Source of the DNA: an uncultured Actinomycetes bacterium
Lineage (GTDB): Bacteria > Actinomycetota > Thermoleophilia > UBA2241
DNA: 64,000 bases
Direction: 5' to 3'
NCBI GenBank assembly: GCA_963709345.1
Contig: CAVPVX010000007.1
Location: forward strand, 713,447 to 777,446
The notes under the pieces are model-generated. The model did no database searches, was not told the origin of the DNA, and saw only the letters and a program-made list of their open reading frames with translations. Both the position numbers and the translations under genes were made by a program. Shown piece after piece: positions 1-11,055 of the stretch (the stretch's first letter is position 1; each line of letters opens with the position of its first letter).

Positions 1-828
1 TCGGGGACGCGCGCGAGCTCGCCGATGACGGCGGCGCGCCGGTAGAACTCGCTCAGCCCCTCCCGGTACTCGGGCGTGAAACCGAACTTGAGCTTGTCGA
101 AATAGTCCATGAGGTACGCCTGGCTGAAATCGTAGACCTGGGCGGCCGCGGCGGCGGTGGCCCCGGGAGCCGCCGCGCACGCGTCGCGCGACGCGAGAAG
201 CGCAGCGCCGACCGCAGCCGCCGCCTCGGGGCGCGCCTCCACGAAGTCCCGGCGCGCGGCGCACACCGCGTACACCATCGGCAGGCCCGTGACGCTCTTC
301 CACTCGGCGCCGAGGTCGAAGTGGTGCGGGTAGGCCTCCACGCGCAGCAGGTGCAGCGCCTCGTCGCCGATCAGGAGCAGCGCGTCGAAGTCCTCGAGGA
401 CCTCCGACAACGGGCCGCGGCGCGGCGCGAACTCCGGATCGATTCCCCACTCGCGGCAGAGCACCTTGAGCAGGCAGATGGAGGTCGCGCTCTTCTCCGT
501 CAGCGCGACTCTGCGGATGCGCGCGAGCGGGGTGCGCGCGAACAGCTGGATGGAGTCCACGGCGCCGAACGAACTGATGGAGATGTGCGGCAGCAGAACC
601 TGCTCCTCGGCGTTGCGGGCGAAGGCGATGGAGGATGACAGCGTGACGTCGATGGTCCCGTCGACCAGCATGTCGTTGAGCGCCGCGGGATAGCCCTCGA
701 CGATCTCGGCGCCGACGCCGCGGGCGGAGAGCTCGCCGCTGAAGTGGTGGTAGAGCGGAAAACAGTTGACGAACTCGATGCGCCCAACGCGCACGGGAGC
801 GTCGACCGGCGCACCTGCGGCGGCCGGC

Positions 829-839
<11 letters not shown>
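1..839 (-). CDS. mqnA: Chorismate dehydratase (futalosine pathway), 3' end outside window
   Basis: Manual translation: VRVGRIEFVNCFPLY..LLIGDEAL..DLGAEW..TGLPMVYAV; ATG at 839 overlaps mqnE end; absent from ORF track because truncated. Confidence 0.85.
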
Positions 840-1950
<1,111 letters not shown>

Positions 1951-1969
1951 GGAATGGACTCCAGGTTCG

Positions 1970-2950
1970 TCAGCTGTAGCGGTCGACTACCTGCGCCGCC
2001 ACCTGGCCGAGCAGGTCGCGCTCGACGGTGTCGGGGCAGGAAGCAAGGACCGACCGGGCCTCTTCAATGTACCGCAAAGCGGTGGCCCGGGCACGCTCGA
2101 GGGCGCCGCACTCGGCCACCGCGCGCAGGACGGCCGCCACGTCTTCGTCCGTGGCCGGCATCGCCAGGAGTCCCGCCAGCTCGGGCCGAGCCTCGAGAGC
2201 GTAGATGAGCGGCAGCGTGATCGTGCCGCCCCGCACGTCGGTCCCCGGGCGCTTGCCGGTGTTCGCCTCGTCACCCTCGCAGTCGAGGATGTCGTCGAAG
2301 ACCTGGAAGGCCAGGCCCATGAGGCGGCCGAACTCGCCGACGGCGGCCACCGCGAGCGGCCCGGCCGCCGAGAGCATGGCGCCCAGCGAGCACGCGGCGG
2401 CGAACAGGTCGGCCGTCTTGCGTTCGCAGCGCCGCCCGTACGCCGACTCGTCGACGGCGGTGTCGAAGGCCTCGGCGCGCTGCAGCACCTCGCCTTCGCT
2501 GAGGCCGACGGCGGTCGCACTCAGGATGTCCACGGCCGCCGGCTCGCCGGCGCCGACGAGCTCGGAGAAGGCGCGGGCGAGCAGGTAGTTCCCGGCGGAC
2601 ACCGCCGTCGACGCGCCGTAGCGGTGCGCCACCGTGGGCCGCCCCCGCCGCACCTCGGCCTGGTCGAGCACGTCGTCGTGCACAAGTGTCGCCATGTGCA
2701 GAAGCTCGACCGCCGCGGCTCCGCGGAGCACGGACTCACCCAGCGGGACACTCCGGCGCGCGCACAGGAGCACGAGCAGCGGCCGCATGCGCTTGCCTCC
2801 GGCTTCCAGTGTGGTCGCGCACGCCTTGCCGAGCGGACCCGGGTACTGCCCGGTCACGGTCGCGAGCCGCGCCTCGACGAGTTCGAGACCGCGCGCGTAG
2901 CGGCGCCGCTGAGCGGCCGAGCGCCACGAGAGGGCGGGGCGAGGCTTCAC
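1970..2950 (-). CDS. Polyprenyl diphosphate synthase
   Basis: GGKRMRP, LVHDDVLD (FARM), FQVFDDILD (SARM); GTG start overlaps upstream stop. Confidence 0.9.
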   Translation of the reverse strand: MKPRPALSWRSAAQRRRYARGLELVEARLATVTGQYPGPLGKACATTLEAGGKRMRPLLVLLCARRSVPLGESVLRGAAAVELLHMATLVHDDVLDQAEVRRGRPTVAHRYGASTAVSAGNYLLARAFSELVGAGEPAAVDILSATAVGLSEGEVLQRAEAFDTAVDESAYGRRCERKTADLFAAACSLGAMLSAAGPLAVAAVGEFGRLMGLAFQVFDDILDCEGDEANTGKRPGTDVRGGTITLPLIYALEARPELAGLLAMPATDEDVAAVLRAVAECGALERARATALRYIEEARSVLASCPDTVERDLLGQVAAQVVDRYS

Positions 2951-3735
2951 CTCGGCGCCTCGCCCACGTGCAGAGCCACGGCGCCGAACCCGAGGCGACG
3001 GAAGCGCACGTTGCGCAGCCCGGCGGCCGCCATGATCGCCGCCAGTCCCTCGGCGCGCGGGAAGGCGGCGACCGATGCGGGAAGATACGCGTACGCCGCC
3101 CGATCGCCGGTCACGACCCGGCCGAGAAGCGGGACGACCATGCCCATCCAGACTTGGTGGAAGCGCCGGCCGGGGCCGGCCGGCGCTTGCGTCGACTCGA
3201 GGCATACCACACGGCCTCCCGGGCGCGTGACGCGGGCCATCTCACGAAAGGCCCGCGCGACGTCCGGGACGTTGCGGACCCCCCAGCCCACCGTGACGGC
3301 CGCAAAGCTGTCGTCGTCGAAGGGCAGGTCGAGCAGGTCTCCGACGACGAAGGCGGCGGGCGCGGGCCTGCCGCGGCGCTCCCGCGCCGCGGCCTTCTCC
3401 CGCGCCCGGTCGACCATGGCCGCGGTGAAGTCGAGGCCGGTGACCGCGCAACCCGGACACGCGTCGAGCAGGCTGAACGTGAGATCGCCGGTGCCGCAGC
3501 ACGCGTCGAGGACCGAGTCGCCGGAAGAGACCTGGGACTGGAGAGCTGCCGTCCGCCGCCACCGGCGATCGAGACCCGCGGTCATGAGCCGGTTCATGAC
3601 GTCGTACCGTGCCGCGATGCCGCCGAACATCGCCTCGATCCGGCCGGGATCGCGATCCATCGGCAGACCGCCCGTGCCGGCCGGCGCGGGCCGGCCTCCT
3701 GAGCCGGGCTCGTCGACCGGCTCGTCCACCGGCAT
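2947..3735 (-). CDS. ubiE: Demethylmenaquinone methyltransferase (UbiE/MenG)
   Basis: MFGGIAARYDVMNRLMTAGLDRRWR, VLDACCGTGD, AYAYLPASV. Confidence 0.92.
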   Translation of the reverse strand: MPVDEPVDEPGSGGRPAPAGTGGLPMDRDPGRIEAMFGGIAARYDVMNRLMTAGLDRRWRRTAALQSQVSSGDSVLDACCGTGDLTFSLLDACPGCAVTGLDFTAAMVDRAREKAAARERRGRPAPAAFVVGDLLDLPFDDDSFAAVTVGWGVRNVPDVARAFREMARVTRPGGRVVCLESTQAPAGPGRRFHQVWMGMVVPLLGRVVTGDRAAYAYLPASVAAFPRAEGLAAIMAAAGLRNVRFRRLGFGAVALHVGEAPR

Positions 3736-4346
3736 CAGCGCCGGCCCCCGTCCCACGGCGGGAAGAGGGTCTGGGCGAAACCGAGGGCGCTCATCACCTT
3801 GCCGGCGATGTGATCGACCGCGTCCTGCAGCGACTGCGGCCGCGTGTAGAAGCCGGGCATGGCCGGGACCACGACGGCGCCGGCCTCGGCCAGTTCGAGC
3901 AGCCGGCGCAGGTGGATCTGCGTGAGCGGTGTCTCGCGCGGTACGAGCACCAGCGGTCGCCGCTCTTTGAGGGCGACGTCTCCGACGCGGTGCATGAGCG
4001 TGCGCGTCGTACCCAGCGCAAGGTGTGCGGCCGTCGACATCGAGCACGGGCACACGACGGCGGCGTCGGGGAAGCTGCTGCCGCTCGCCGCCGGCGCCGC
4101 GAGGTCGTCGGGCGCGTACACCTCCGCGGTGGCGCCGGCGCGCTCGAGAAAGGCCGCAGTGACCGCCTCACGTCCCTCGGCGGGCAGCTCGAGTTCGTGC
4201 TGAAGAACGAGCACGCCGCTCTCCGAGACGCTGAGCTGCATGGCGCAGCCGGCCTCTGCCAGCGCCTGCACGAGACGCAGCGCGTAGGGCGCGCCGCTGG
4301 CGCCGCTCACGCCGACGAAGACGCTCTGTGGAGGGCGACCGGTCAT
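3735..4346 (-). CDS. ubiX: Flavin prenyltransferase
   Basis: VGVSGASGAPYA, PCSMST, LKERRPLVLVPRETP, PAMPGFY. Confidence 0.93.
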   Translation of the reverse strand: MTGRPPQSVFVGVSGASGAPYALRLVQALAEAGCAMQLSVSESGVLVLQHELELPAEGREAVTAAFLERAGATAEVYAPDDLAAPAASGSSFPDAAVVCPCSMSTAAHLALGTTRTLMHRVGDVALKERRPLVLVPRETPLTQIHLRRLLELAEAGAVVVPAMPGFYTRPQSLQDAVDHIAGKVMSALGFAQTLFPPWDGGRR

Positions 4347-5000
4347 GTCTCACGCTCCGTACGCCGGCGCCCGCAGCCGGCTGTTGCCTCAGGGATCGAT
4401 GCCCCCTGCGTGTCACTGACCACCGTAGCAGCCCTTTGCCCGGTGCCGCCGTTGCCGTGGCGCGATACGGAGCGGTGGCACCGCACGCAGGTGCTCTTGG
4501 GGACGCGCTTCCGCGCCTTGTGGAACGTGCCGGCTTGACACGACCAGCAGGTGTCGTCGGGGTAGCTCCGGAAGTCGGTATGGCATGCGCTGCAGGTGGC
4601 GTCGGTGGGTGCCCCGCCGCTGTGGCAACTGCACCCGGCAGCGCCTTCGTGGCCCCACGCCCCGAGCGGCCGCTCTTGCTTGTAGTGATCGACGGGCGGC
4701 GACCCCGCGAAGACCACCTTGTCGAACGGCCAGTTCTCGGGCTTGAGGTGAGCGCTGAAGAAGTGGGGGAAGATGAAGATCACGCTGATGAGTGTGATGT
4801 ACGCAGCGTGGAAAGACCAGGCCGGCAGCGACGAGCGCGGGCTCCGTCGCCTTGCACGACGCGCAGTACGTGGGTGTATCGGTGACCCAGACGGGGATGA
4901 CCACGACGACCGCGAGCACGGCGATGAAGCCGATGGCGGCGGCGGCGGAGACCCACGGCGACCGGTACCACGGACGCGGCCTCGGCTCATAGCGGCAACG
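4343..5000 (-). pseudogene. Mosaic or frameshifted multiheme cytochrome c remnant
   Basis: TM helix plus YCASCK in one frame; HFFSAHLKPENWPFDKVVF and CSACH, CWSCQ, CVRCH in another. Confidence 0.5.
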
Positions 5001-5164
5001 CGGGCGGCCCTAAGGCAAGATCGCGGACCTCTCTGGCTCAAGGCTCTGACAGTGCGGCCGGGCGATAGAGTCCCCACTCTTCGGTCCGGCAGACCGGATC
5101 GTGCCATCCCGGGTATACGGCGGCGAGTGCTTGTTGCCTTGATCCGCCGCCGCGGCGCCGCGCC

Positions 5165-6043
5165 TCAGTGCACCGTCACGGACAGGATGACCACGGCGCC
5201 GTAGAGCAGGCCGACGGCGCCGTTGACGGTCATGAAGCCCATGCCGACCTCGCGGAGGCCCCGCCGGGCGATATCGACGTGCGACCAGGCGAGGATCGCC
5301 GCGACCAGCGCCAGGCCGCACCAGTACACCCAGCCGAGCCCTGCGAGCGCGCCGACGGCGGCGAGCAGCGCCACGGTGGCGATGTGTGAAGCAGCAGCGG
5401 CCAGGATCGCGCCGCGCTCGCCGGCGGCGACGGGCAGCGAGTGCAGGCCGTGAGCGCGGTCGAACTCGAGGTCGAAGACCGCGTACAGCACATCGAACCC
5501 CCCGACCCAGAGCCCGACGGCGAAGAACAGCAGCCAGGCCTCCGCGGCGACCGAGCCCGTGACCGCCACCCACGCGGCCGCCGGCGCCAGCCCGAGGGTG
5601 AGGCCGAGGAAGTAGTGGCAGAACCAGGTGAAGCGCTTGGTGTACGGATACAGGACGAACGCCGCCAGCGGGATCGGCCAGAGGTAGCGGCACGGCGCGG
5701 AGAGGTTGATGGCGGCGACCACGAGCAGAGCCACGGAGACGGCGGTGAACAGCCAGACCTCGCGCCGGGCGAGGCGCCCCGTGGGCAGCTCGCGCTCCGC
5801 GGTCCGCGGGTTGCGCGCGTCGATGCCGGCGTCGATGAGGCGGTTGAGCGCCATCGCCGCGCTGCGCGCGCCGACCATCGCCACGGTGATCCAGAGGAGC
5901 TGACTCCAGGTCGGCGCCCCGTCCGCGGCCAGGAAGGCGCCGGCATAAGCGAACGGCAGGGCGTAGACGCTGTGCTCGATCTTGACGAGCCGGGCGAAGA
6001 GCGTGGGCCTGGAGACGCGGCCGGCGTCGCCGGAGGACGACAC
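5165..6043 (-). CDS. UbiA-family polyprenyltransferase (MqnP-like)
   Basis: LVKIEHSVYALPF, NRLIDAGIDARNPRT, YPYTKRF, GFDVLYA; start approximate. Confidence 0.9.
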   Translation of the reverse strand: MSSSGDAGRVSRPTLFARLVKIEHSVYALPFAYAGAFLAADGAPTWSQLLWITVAMVGARSAAMALNRLIDAGIDARNPRTAERELPTGRLARREVWLFTAVSVALLVVAAINLSAPCRYLWPIPLAAFVLYPYTKRFTWFCHYFLGLTLGLAPAAAWVAVTGSVAAEAWLLFFAVGLWVGGFDVLYAVFDLEFDRAHGLHSLPVAAGERGAILAAAASHIATVALLAAVGALAGLGWVYWCGLALVAAILAWSHVDIARRGLREVGMGFMTVNGAVGLLYGAVVILSVTVH

Positions 6044-6050
6044 CCGAGGG

Positions 6051-6281
6051 TCAGACGCCGGGCGCGGCGGGCTTGCCTGCCGCCTTGTCGGCGGACTCGG
6101 CCTCGGGCTTCTCGGCCGGTGTCGAGGCGGGTGCGCTCGCGTCCGCATCGACCACGCCCGCCGCCACGACGGTGGGCGACGTGATCCCCAGGTACGCGCT
6201 GATCGTCCAGCAGACGATGGCGATCGCCCAGTTGGCGAGCGACAGGATCAGCAGGTGGCGATGGATGTTCCCGTGAAACAC
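6051..6281 (-). CDS. Small single-TM hypothetical protein
   Basis: GAGGAGG RBS before GTG; hydrophobic helix followed by low-complexity tail. Confidence 0.55.
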   Translation of the reverse strand: MFHGNIHRHLLILSLANWAIAIVCWTISAYLGITSPTVVAAGVVDADASAPASTPAEKPEAESADKAAGKPAAPGV

Positions 6282-6385
6282 GGCCGCCTCCTCACGTTGC
6301 CCGTGGCTTCGTCACGACGGCCCCAGTCTAGAAGCGCGTCGCTCCTGCGTAAAGCGTCGCGGGGAGACGCCGTTCGCGGGCGGCC

Positions 6386-7828
6386 TCACGTGAACGGCAG
6401 CCCGAGCTCGGCCCAGCGGGCGTCCACGCGGGCGACGACCTCCGGGCTCATACCCAGCTCGTCGGGCCAGTCGCGGGTGTGACCCTCCTCGGGCCAGGTC
6501 CTGGTCGCGTCGATACCCATCTTGGCTCCGTAGCGCGCCAGCGTGCTGGAGTGGTCGAGCACGTCGAGCGGGCCGTCGACCACGACGCAATCGCGGGCCG
6601 GGTCGACGTTGTTGAACACCCGCCAGGTGACGTCGCTGTAGTCGTGGACGTCCACGTGCTCGTCGACGACCACGACGAACTTGGTGAACATCATCTGCCC
6701 CATGCCCCACACGGCGTTCATGATCTTGCGTGCCTGACCGGGATACTCCTTGCGGATGCTGATGATGGCGCAGTCGTGGAAGACGCCCTCGATCGGCAGG
6801 TCCATGTCGACGATCTCGGGCTGGACCAGCTGCAACAGCGGGAGGAAGAGGCGCTCTGTCGCCTTCCCGAGGTACGCGTCCTCCATCGGCGGCTTGCCGA
6901 CGATGGTGGCCGGATAGATGGGGTCGCGGCGATGGCTCATGGCGGTGAGATGGAAGACCGGGTACTGGTCGGCCAGCGAGTAGTAGCCGGTGTGGTCGCC
7001 GAACGGCCCCTCGAGCCGCGTCTCTCCCTTCTCGACGTAGCCCTCGAGGACGATCTCGGCGTCGGCCGGCACCTGCAGGTCGACCGTCTGGCAAGGGGCC
7101 ATGTCGACCGGCTCGCCGCGCAGGAAGCCGGCGAACATGAACTCGCTGATGCCCGGCGGGAGCGGCGCCGTGGCGGCGTACGTGACGGCCGGGTCGGTGC
7201 CGAGGGCCACCGCCACCTCCATGCGGTCGCCCGCCTCGCGGAAGTTGGCCGCGCCGTCGTGGTGGACGTGGATGTGCATGCCGGTGGTCCGGCCGTCGAA
7301 GACCTGCAGACGGTACATGCCGGCGTTCTGGCGGCCTTGGCGGTCCTTGGTGACGACGATCGGCAGGGTGATGAAGGGGCCGCCGTCGCCGGGCCAGGTG
7401 GTGAGCACCGGCAGGCGCGCAAGGTCCGGCGGGTCGACGACGACCTCGCGCCAGGCGGCCTTCTTGCCGTACCTGGGCCCGTAGGAGGCGAGTTCCTTGA
7501 GCTGGCCGAGCGCCTTGACCTTGCCGACGAGGCCGCTCGGCACCTGCAACTCGAGCAGGCCGCCGATGCGCTCTGCGATGTCGTCGAGCGGTGCGCCGAG
7601 CGCCAGCTCGAGACGCCTGTACGAGCCGAGCTGATTCATGAGAACGGGCACGGCCGGGCCGGCTCCGCCCGCCGGCCGCTTGGGCTGCTCGAAGAGCAAC
7701 GCGGGGCCGTGGGCCTTGCTGGCCCGGTCGGCGATCTCGGCCATCTCGAGGTATGGGTCGACCTCCGGACGCACGCGGGCGAGCTCGCCCTCGCGTTCCA
7801 GCAGACTGATGAAGGCGCGCAGGTTCAC
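6386..7828 (-). CDS. ubiD: UbiD-family menaquinone-pathway decarboxylase (MqnL-like)
   Basis: WPGDGGPFIT, NAGMYR, EGPFGDHTGYY, GKPPMED; GGAGG RBS before GTG 7828. Confidence 0.92.
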   Translation of the reverse strand: MNLRAFISLLEREGELARVRPEVDPYLEMAEIADRASKAHGPALLFEQPKRPAGGAGPAVPVLMNQLGSYRRLELALGAPLDDIAERIGGLLELQVPSGLVGKVKALGQLKELASYGPRYGKKAAWREVVVDPPDLARLPVLTTWPGDGGPFITLPIVVTKDRQGRQNAGMYRLQVFDGRTTGMHIHVHHDGAANFREAGDRMEVAVALGTDPAVTYAATAPLPPGISEFMFAGFLRGEPVDMAPCQTVDLQVPADAEIVLEGYVEKGETRLEGPFGDHTGYYSLADQYPVFHLTAMSHRRDPIYPATIVGKPPMEDAYLGKATERLFLPLLQLVQPEIVDMDLPIEGVFHDCAIISIRKEYPGQARKIMNAVWGMGQMMFTKFVVVVDEHVDVHDYSDVTWRVFNNVDPARDCVVVDGPLDVLDHSSTLARYGAKMGIDATRTWPEEGHTRDWPDELGMSPEVVARVDARWAELGLPFT

Positions 7829-7830
7829 GG

Positions 7831-8454
7831 TCACCTCCCGATGTCGGTGGTGGGGGTCGGGTCGGCGGTGGCCGGCCCAGCGACGGTATCGAGCGCGCGG
7901 AGCAGCGGCGAGGCGTCGGCGAGGCCGAGACGGCCGGCCGCCCGCGTGACGGCGGCGGGAACGTCCGCCTGGCGCGACCCTCCGAGGGCCGCGTCCACCT
8001 CGTCGAACAGCGCGGCGACCGCGGCGGGCTCGGCGCCGGCGTGCTGCGCCGCCAGCCCGCCCATCGTGTACGCCCACAAGGCGTCGTCGTCGGCGAACGG
8101 AGCCCGGCTGCCGCGAAGGTACGAGCAGGCGGCCATGAGCCGTGCCAGCAGGCCGACGGCGTCGATGTCGCCGCGCGCGGCGATACCGCGCAGGCCGCGC
8201 GCGTAGAAGTAGTCGCCGGCGAGCAGCCGTGCCGCAAGGTTATCCGCCTCCAGCGAAACCGCGCGGCTCTCACGGTAGTGGAGCAAGTACCCCTCGTAGA
8301 TGAGCTCGATGGCGACGGCGAAGCCCGGGTCGATGCCGGCATCCAGCGTGGTGTACAGCACGCCCCACCGGGGCTCGGGCGGCACGGAGAGGGGCGGGCC
8401 GAACTTCTCCCCGGCGTCGATCAGCGCCGCCGCCACGCCGGGAGCGATGTCCAT
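7831..8454 (-). CDS. Hypothetical protein, resembles heptaprenyl synthase component I
   Basis: IELIYEGYLLHY and LLAGDYFY motifs; inside the quinone operon. Confidence 0.55.
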   Translation of the reverse strand: MDIAPGVAAALIDAGEKFGPPLSVPPEPRWGVLYTTLDAGIDPGFAVAIELIYEGYLLHYRESRAVSLEADNLAARLLAGDYFYARGLRGIAARGDIDAVGLLARLMAACSYLRGSRAPFADDDALWAYTMGGLAAQHAGAEPAAVAALFDEVDAALGGSRQADVPAAVTRAAGRLGLADASPLLRALDTVAGPATADPTPTTDIGR

Positions 8455-8456
8455 CG

Positions 8457-9107
8457 TCAGTCCTGTTCCCTGTCGAGGTAGAACGTCAACGACATCAGCT
8501 CGCTGGAGAGGTCGACCTGGCGCACAAGCACGCCCTCGGGCGTGGGAACCTTGACCGGCGCGAAGTTGAGGATCGCCCGCACGCCGGCCGCGGCCAGCCG
8601 CTGGATCGTGGCCTCGGCCTCGGTCGCGGGCACCGTGACCATGGCGATGTCGACCTTTTCGCGACGGCAGAACTCGTCAAGCTCCGTGATGCTGCGCACG
8701 CGTCCGTCGTCGCCCGCCGCGTACCGGGCGCCGATGACGGTGGCAGAGCTGTCGAAGATGCCCGCCACGCGAAAGCCCTGCTCGCCGAAGCCGCGGTACC
8801 GAGCGAGGGCGCGGCCCAGCTGCCCGGCGCCGATGATGACCACGTTCCATGTGTGATCGAGGCCGAGGCAGCGGGTGATCTCGTCGACCAGCAGCGGCAC
8901 CTCGTAGCCCACGCCGCGTGTGCCGAACTCGCCGAAGTACGAGAAGTCCTTGCGGATCTGCGCGGCGTTCAGGTCGATCATCTCCGCGAGGTCCTTGGAT
9001 GAGACGCGGTCGACACCCCTGGCGCGCAGCTCGCGCAGCTTGCGCAGGTACAGCGCCAGCCGGGGGACGGTGACGCTGGGGACGTCGTTCTTGTCGACGT
9101 TGCGCAC
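8457..9107 (-). CDS. rex: Redox-sensing transcriptional repressor Rex
   Basis: RLALYLR, QIRKDFSYFGEFGTRGVGY, IIGAGQLG, ILNFAP. Confidence 0.95.
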   Translation of the reverse strand: MRNVDKNDVPSVTVPRLALYLRKLRELRARGVDRVSSKDLAEMIDLNAAQIRKDFSYFGEFGTRGVGYEVPLLVDEITRCLGLDHTWNVVIIGAGQLGRALARYRGFGEQGFRVAGIFDSSATVIGARYAAGDDGRVRSITELDEFCRREKVDIAMVTVPATEAEATIQRLAAAGVRAILNFAPVKVPTPEGVLVRQVDLSSELMSLTFYLDREQD

Positions 9108-9109
9108 GG

Positions 9110-10402
9110 TCAGGCCTCCGCCGCGATGAACCACTCGCACGCCGCCGCGGCGGCGTGCTCGAGGTCGGCATCGGTGAGCGCCAGCGAGATCATCGCCGCC
9201 TCGAACTGCGACGGGGCGAGGTAGACGCCGCGCTCGAGCATGTGACGCCAGTAGGAGGCGAAGGCCGCGGTGTCGGCGGCCTTCGCCTCGGCGAAGCTGC
9301 GCACCGGCCCTTCACAGAAGAACACGGTGAGCATCGGGCCGACGCGGTTGATGGTCACCGCGCGGCCGGCGGCCTCCGCCGCGGTGCGCAGACCGTCGAC
9401 GGCCCGGGCGGCGAGCGCCTCGAGGCGCTCGTAGGTGTTCGGTTCGCCGAGCACGCGCAGCGTGGCGGCTCCGGCCGCCATCGCCAAAGGGTTCCCCGAG
9501 AGAGTGCCCGCCTGGTAGGTGGAGCCGAGCGGCGCGACCGTCTCCATGATCTCACGGCGGCCGCCGAAGGCGCCAACCGGGAGACCGCCGCCGATGATCT
9601 TGCCGAGTGTCGTGAGGTCGGGGGTCACGCCGAAGCGCTCCTGGGCGCCACCCCAGGCGACGCGAAAGCCGGTGATGACCTCGTCGAAGACGAGCACGGC
9701 CCCGTACTCGGTGCAGAGATCGCGGCAGGCCTCCAGGAAGCCCGGCTCCGGCGGCACCACGCCCATGTTGCCGGCCACCGGCTCCACGATGAGAGCGGCG
9801 ATCTCCTCGCCGCGCGCCGCGAACAGGTCCGTGAGCGCGGCGACGTCGTTGTACTCCACGAGCAGCGTATCGGCGGTCGTGCTCCTCGTGACTCCCGGGC
9901 TGTCGGGCAGCGCCAGCGTGAGCGCCCCGCTGCCGGCGGCGGCCAGGAACCCGTCGGAGTGCCCGTGGTAGCAGCCGATGAACTTGACGATCTTCTCGCG
10001 GCCGGTGAAGCCGCGGGCGACGCGCACGGCGCTCATCGTCGCCTCGGTCCCGGAGTTGACCATGCGCACGAGCTCGACGGAGGGCACCGCCTCGCAGATG
10101 AGGCGTGCCAGCTCGACCTCCAGCTCCGTGGGCGCGCCGTAGCTGGTGCCACGGTCCACCTGCTCCTTGAGCCGGCCGACCACCTCGGGGTGCCCCCAGC
10201 CGAGGATCATCGGACCCCACGACGAGACGAAGTCGACGAACTCGTTGCCGTCGGCGTCCCAGATGTGCGCGCCCTCGGCCCGGGCCATGAAGAGAGGGTG
10301 CGGCACGCCGACGCCCTTCATGGCGCGGACCGGCGAGTTGACCCCGCCCGGGATGTAGAGCTGCGCCTCGGCAAAGAGACGAGCGGAGGTTTCGGTGTTC
10401 AC
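9110..10402 (-). CDS. hemL: Glutamate-1-semialdehyde 2,1-aminomutase
   Basis: PGGVNSPVR, SGTEATM, FDEVITGFR, LGKIIGGGLP, QAGTLSGNP. Confidence 0.96.
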   Translation of the reverse strand: MNTETSARLFAEAQLYIPGGVNSPVRAMKGVGVPHPLFMARAEGAHIWDADGNEFVDFVSSWGPMILGWGHPEVVGRLKEQVDRGTSYGAPTELEVELARLICEAVPSVELVRMVNSGTEATMSAVRVARGFTGREKIVKFIGCYHGHSDGFLAAAGSGALTLALPDSPGVTRSTTADTLLVEYNDVAALTDLFAARGEEIAALIVEPVAGNMGVVPPEPGFLEACRDLCTEYGAVLVFDEVITGFRVAWGGAQERFGVTPDLTTLGKIIGGGLPVGAFGGRREIMETVAPLGSTYQAGTLSGNPLAMAAGAATLRVLGEPNTYERLEALAARAVDGLRTAAEAAGRAVTINRVGPMLTVFFCEGPVRSFAEAKAADTAAFASYWRHMLERGVYLAPSQFEAAMISLALTDADLEHAAAAACEWFIAAEA

Positions 10403-10515
10403 TCGGGTCCTCCCTGAGCGTGAGAAAGCCTGTGCGAGACTGTGGACTATACTACGTGCCTCGGGGCTGCCTGTGCCTCGGGGCACAATGTACCCGATAT
10501 TCGCGAGGGGGCAGC

Positions 10516-10956
10516 ATGACCGTGACGATTCGCCACGCCGGTCCCGGCGACGAGCCCGCCGTCGTCGATCTGGTCCAGGAGATGGCCGTCGCCGAAGACT
10601 ACCCGACGACGGTCGACGAGCACTACGTGCGCCACTTTCTCGCGTCGCCGGTCAGCGGCGTGCTGCTGGCCCTCGACGACGGCGCGCCCGTCGGTCTGCT
10701 CAGCTACGCCGTAGTGCCGGAGCTCTTCCACGCGGCCGACTCCGCCCTCATCGAGACGCTCATCGTGACGGAGGGCCGGCGAGGCGAGGGCATCGGGCGG
10801 CAGCTCGTCGAGACGGCGGTCCGCCTTTTCCGCGAGGCCGGTTGCGCCGAGGCCTCGGTGAGCACCGGCGCCGACAACGCGGTCGCCCAGAAGCTGTACT
10901 GCGATGCAGGGCTGACGGAGGCGTCGGTGCTCCTGGAGGCTCATTTCAGAGACTGA
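10516..10956 (+). CDS. GNAT acetyltransferase
   Basis: LIVTEGRRGEGIGRQL acetyl-CoA motif, NAVAQKLY. Confidence 0.85.
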   Translation: MTVTIRHAGPGDEPAVVDLVQEMAVAEDYPTTVDEHYVRHFLASPVSGVLLALDDGAPVGLLSYAVVPELFHAADSALIETLIVTEGRRGEGIGRQLVETAVRLFREAGCAEASVSTGADNAVAQKLYCDAGLTEASVLLEAHFRD

Positions 10957-10968
10957 CTGCACCAAGTC

Positions 10969-10997
10969 TTACCCTCGACTCGAACGTTAGACTTATC
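10969..10997. repeat. AT-rich intergenic motif, copy 1
   Basis: ttaccctcgactcgaacgttagacttatc matches 24474-24502 at 22/29. Confidence 0.45.
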
Positions 10998-11055
10998 GAG
11001 CAAGGCATCCGGTCTTTCCGCTCGTGGCCGGACCTGAAGGCGCCGGAGGGCGCGG

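Noticed and set aside
10965-11005. dif site between convergent genes
   Set aside because: Lacks the XerD arm (TTATGT..A.T)
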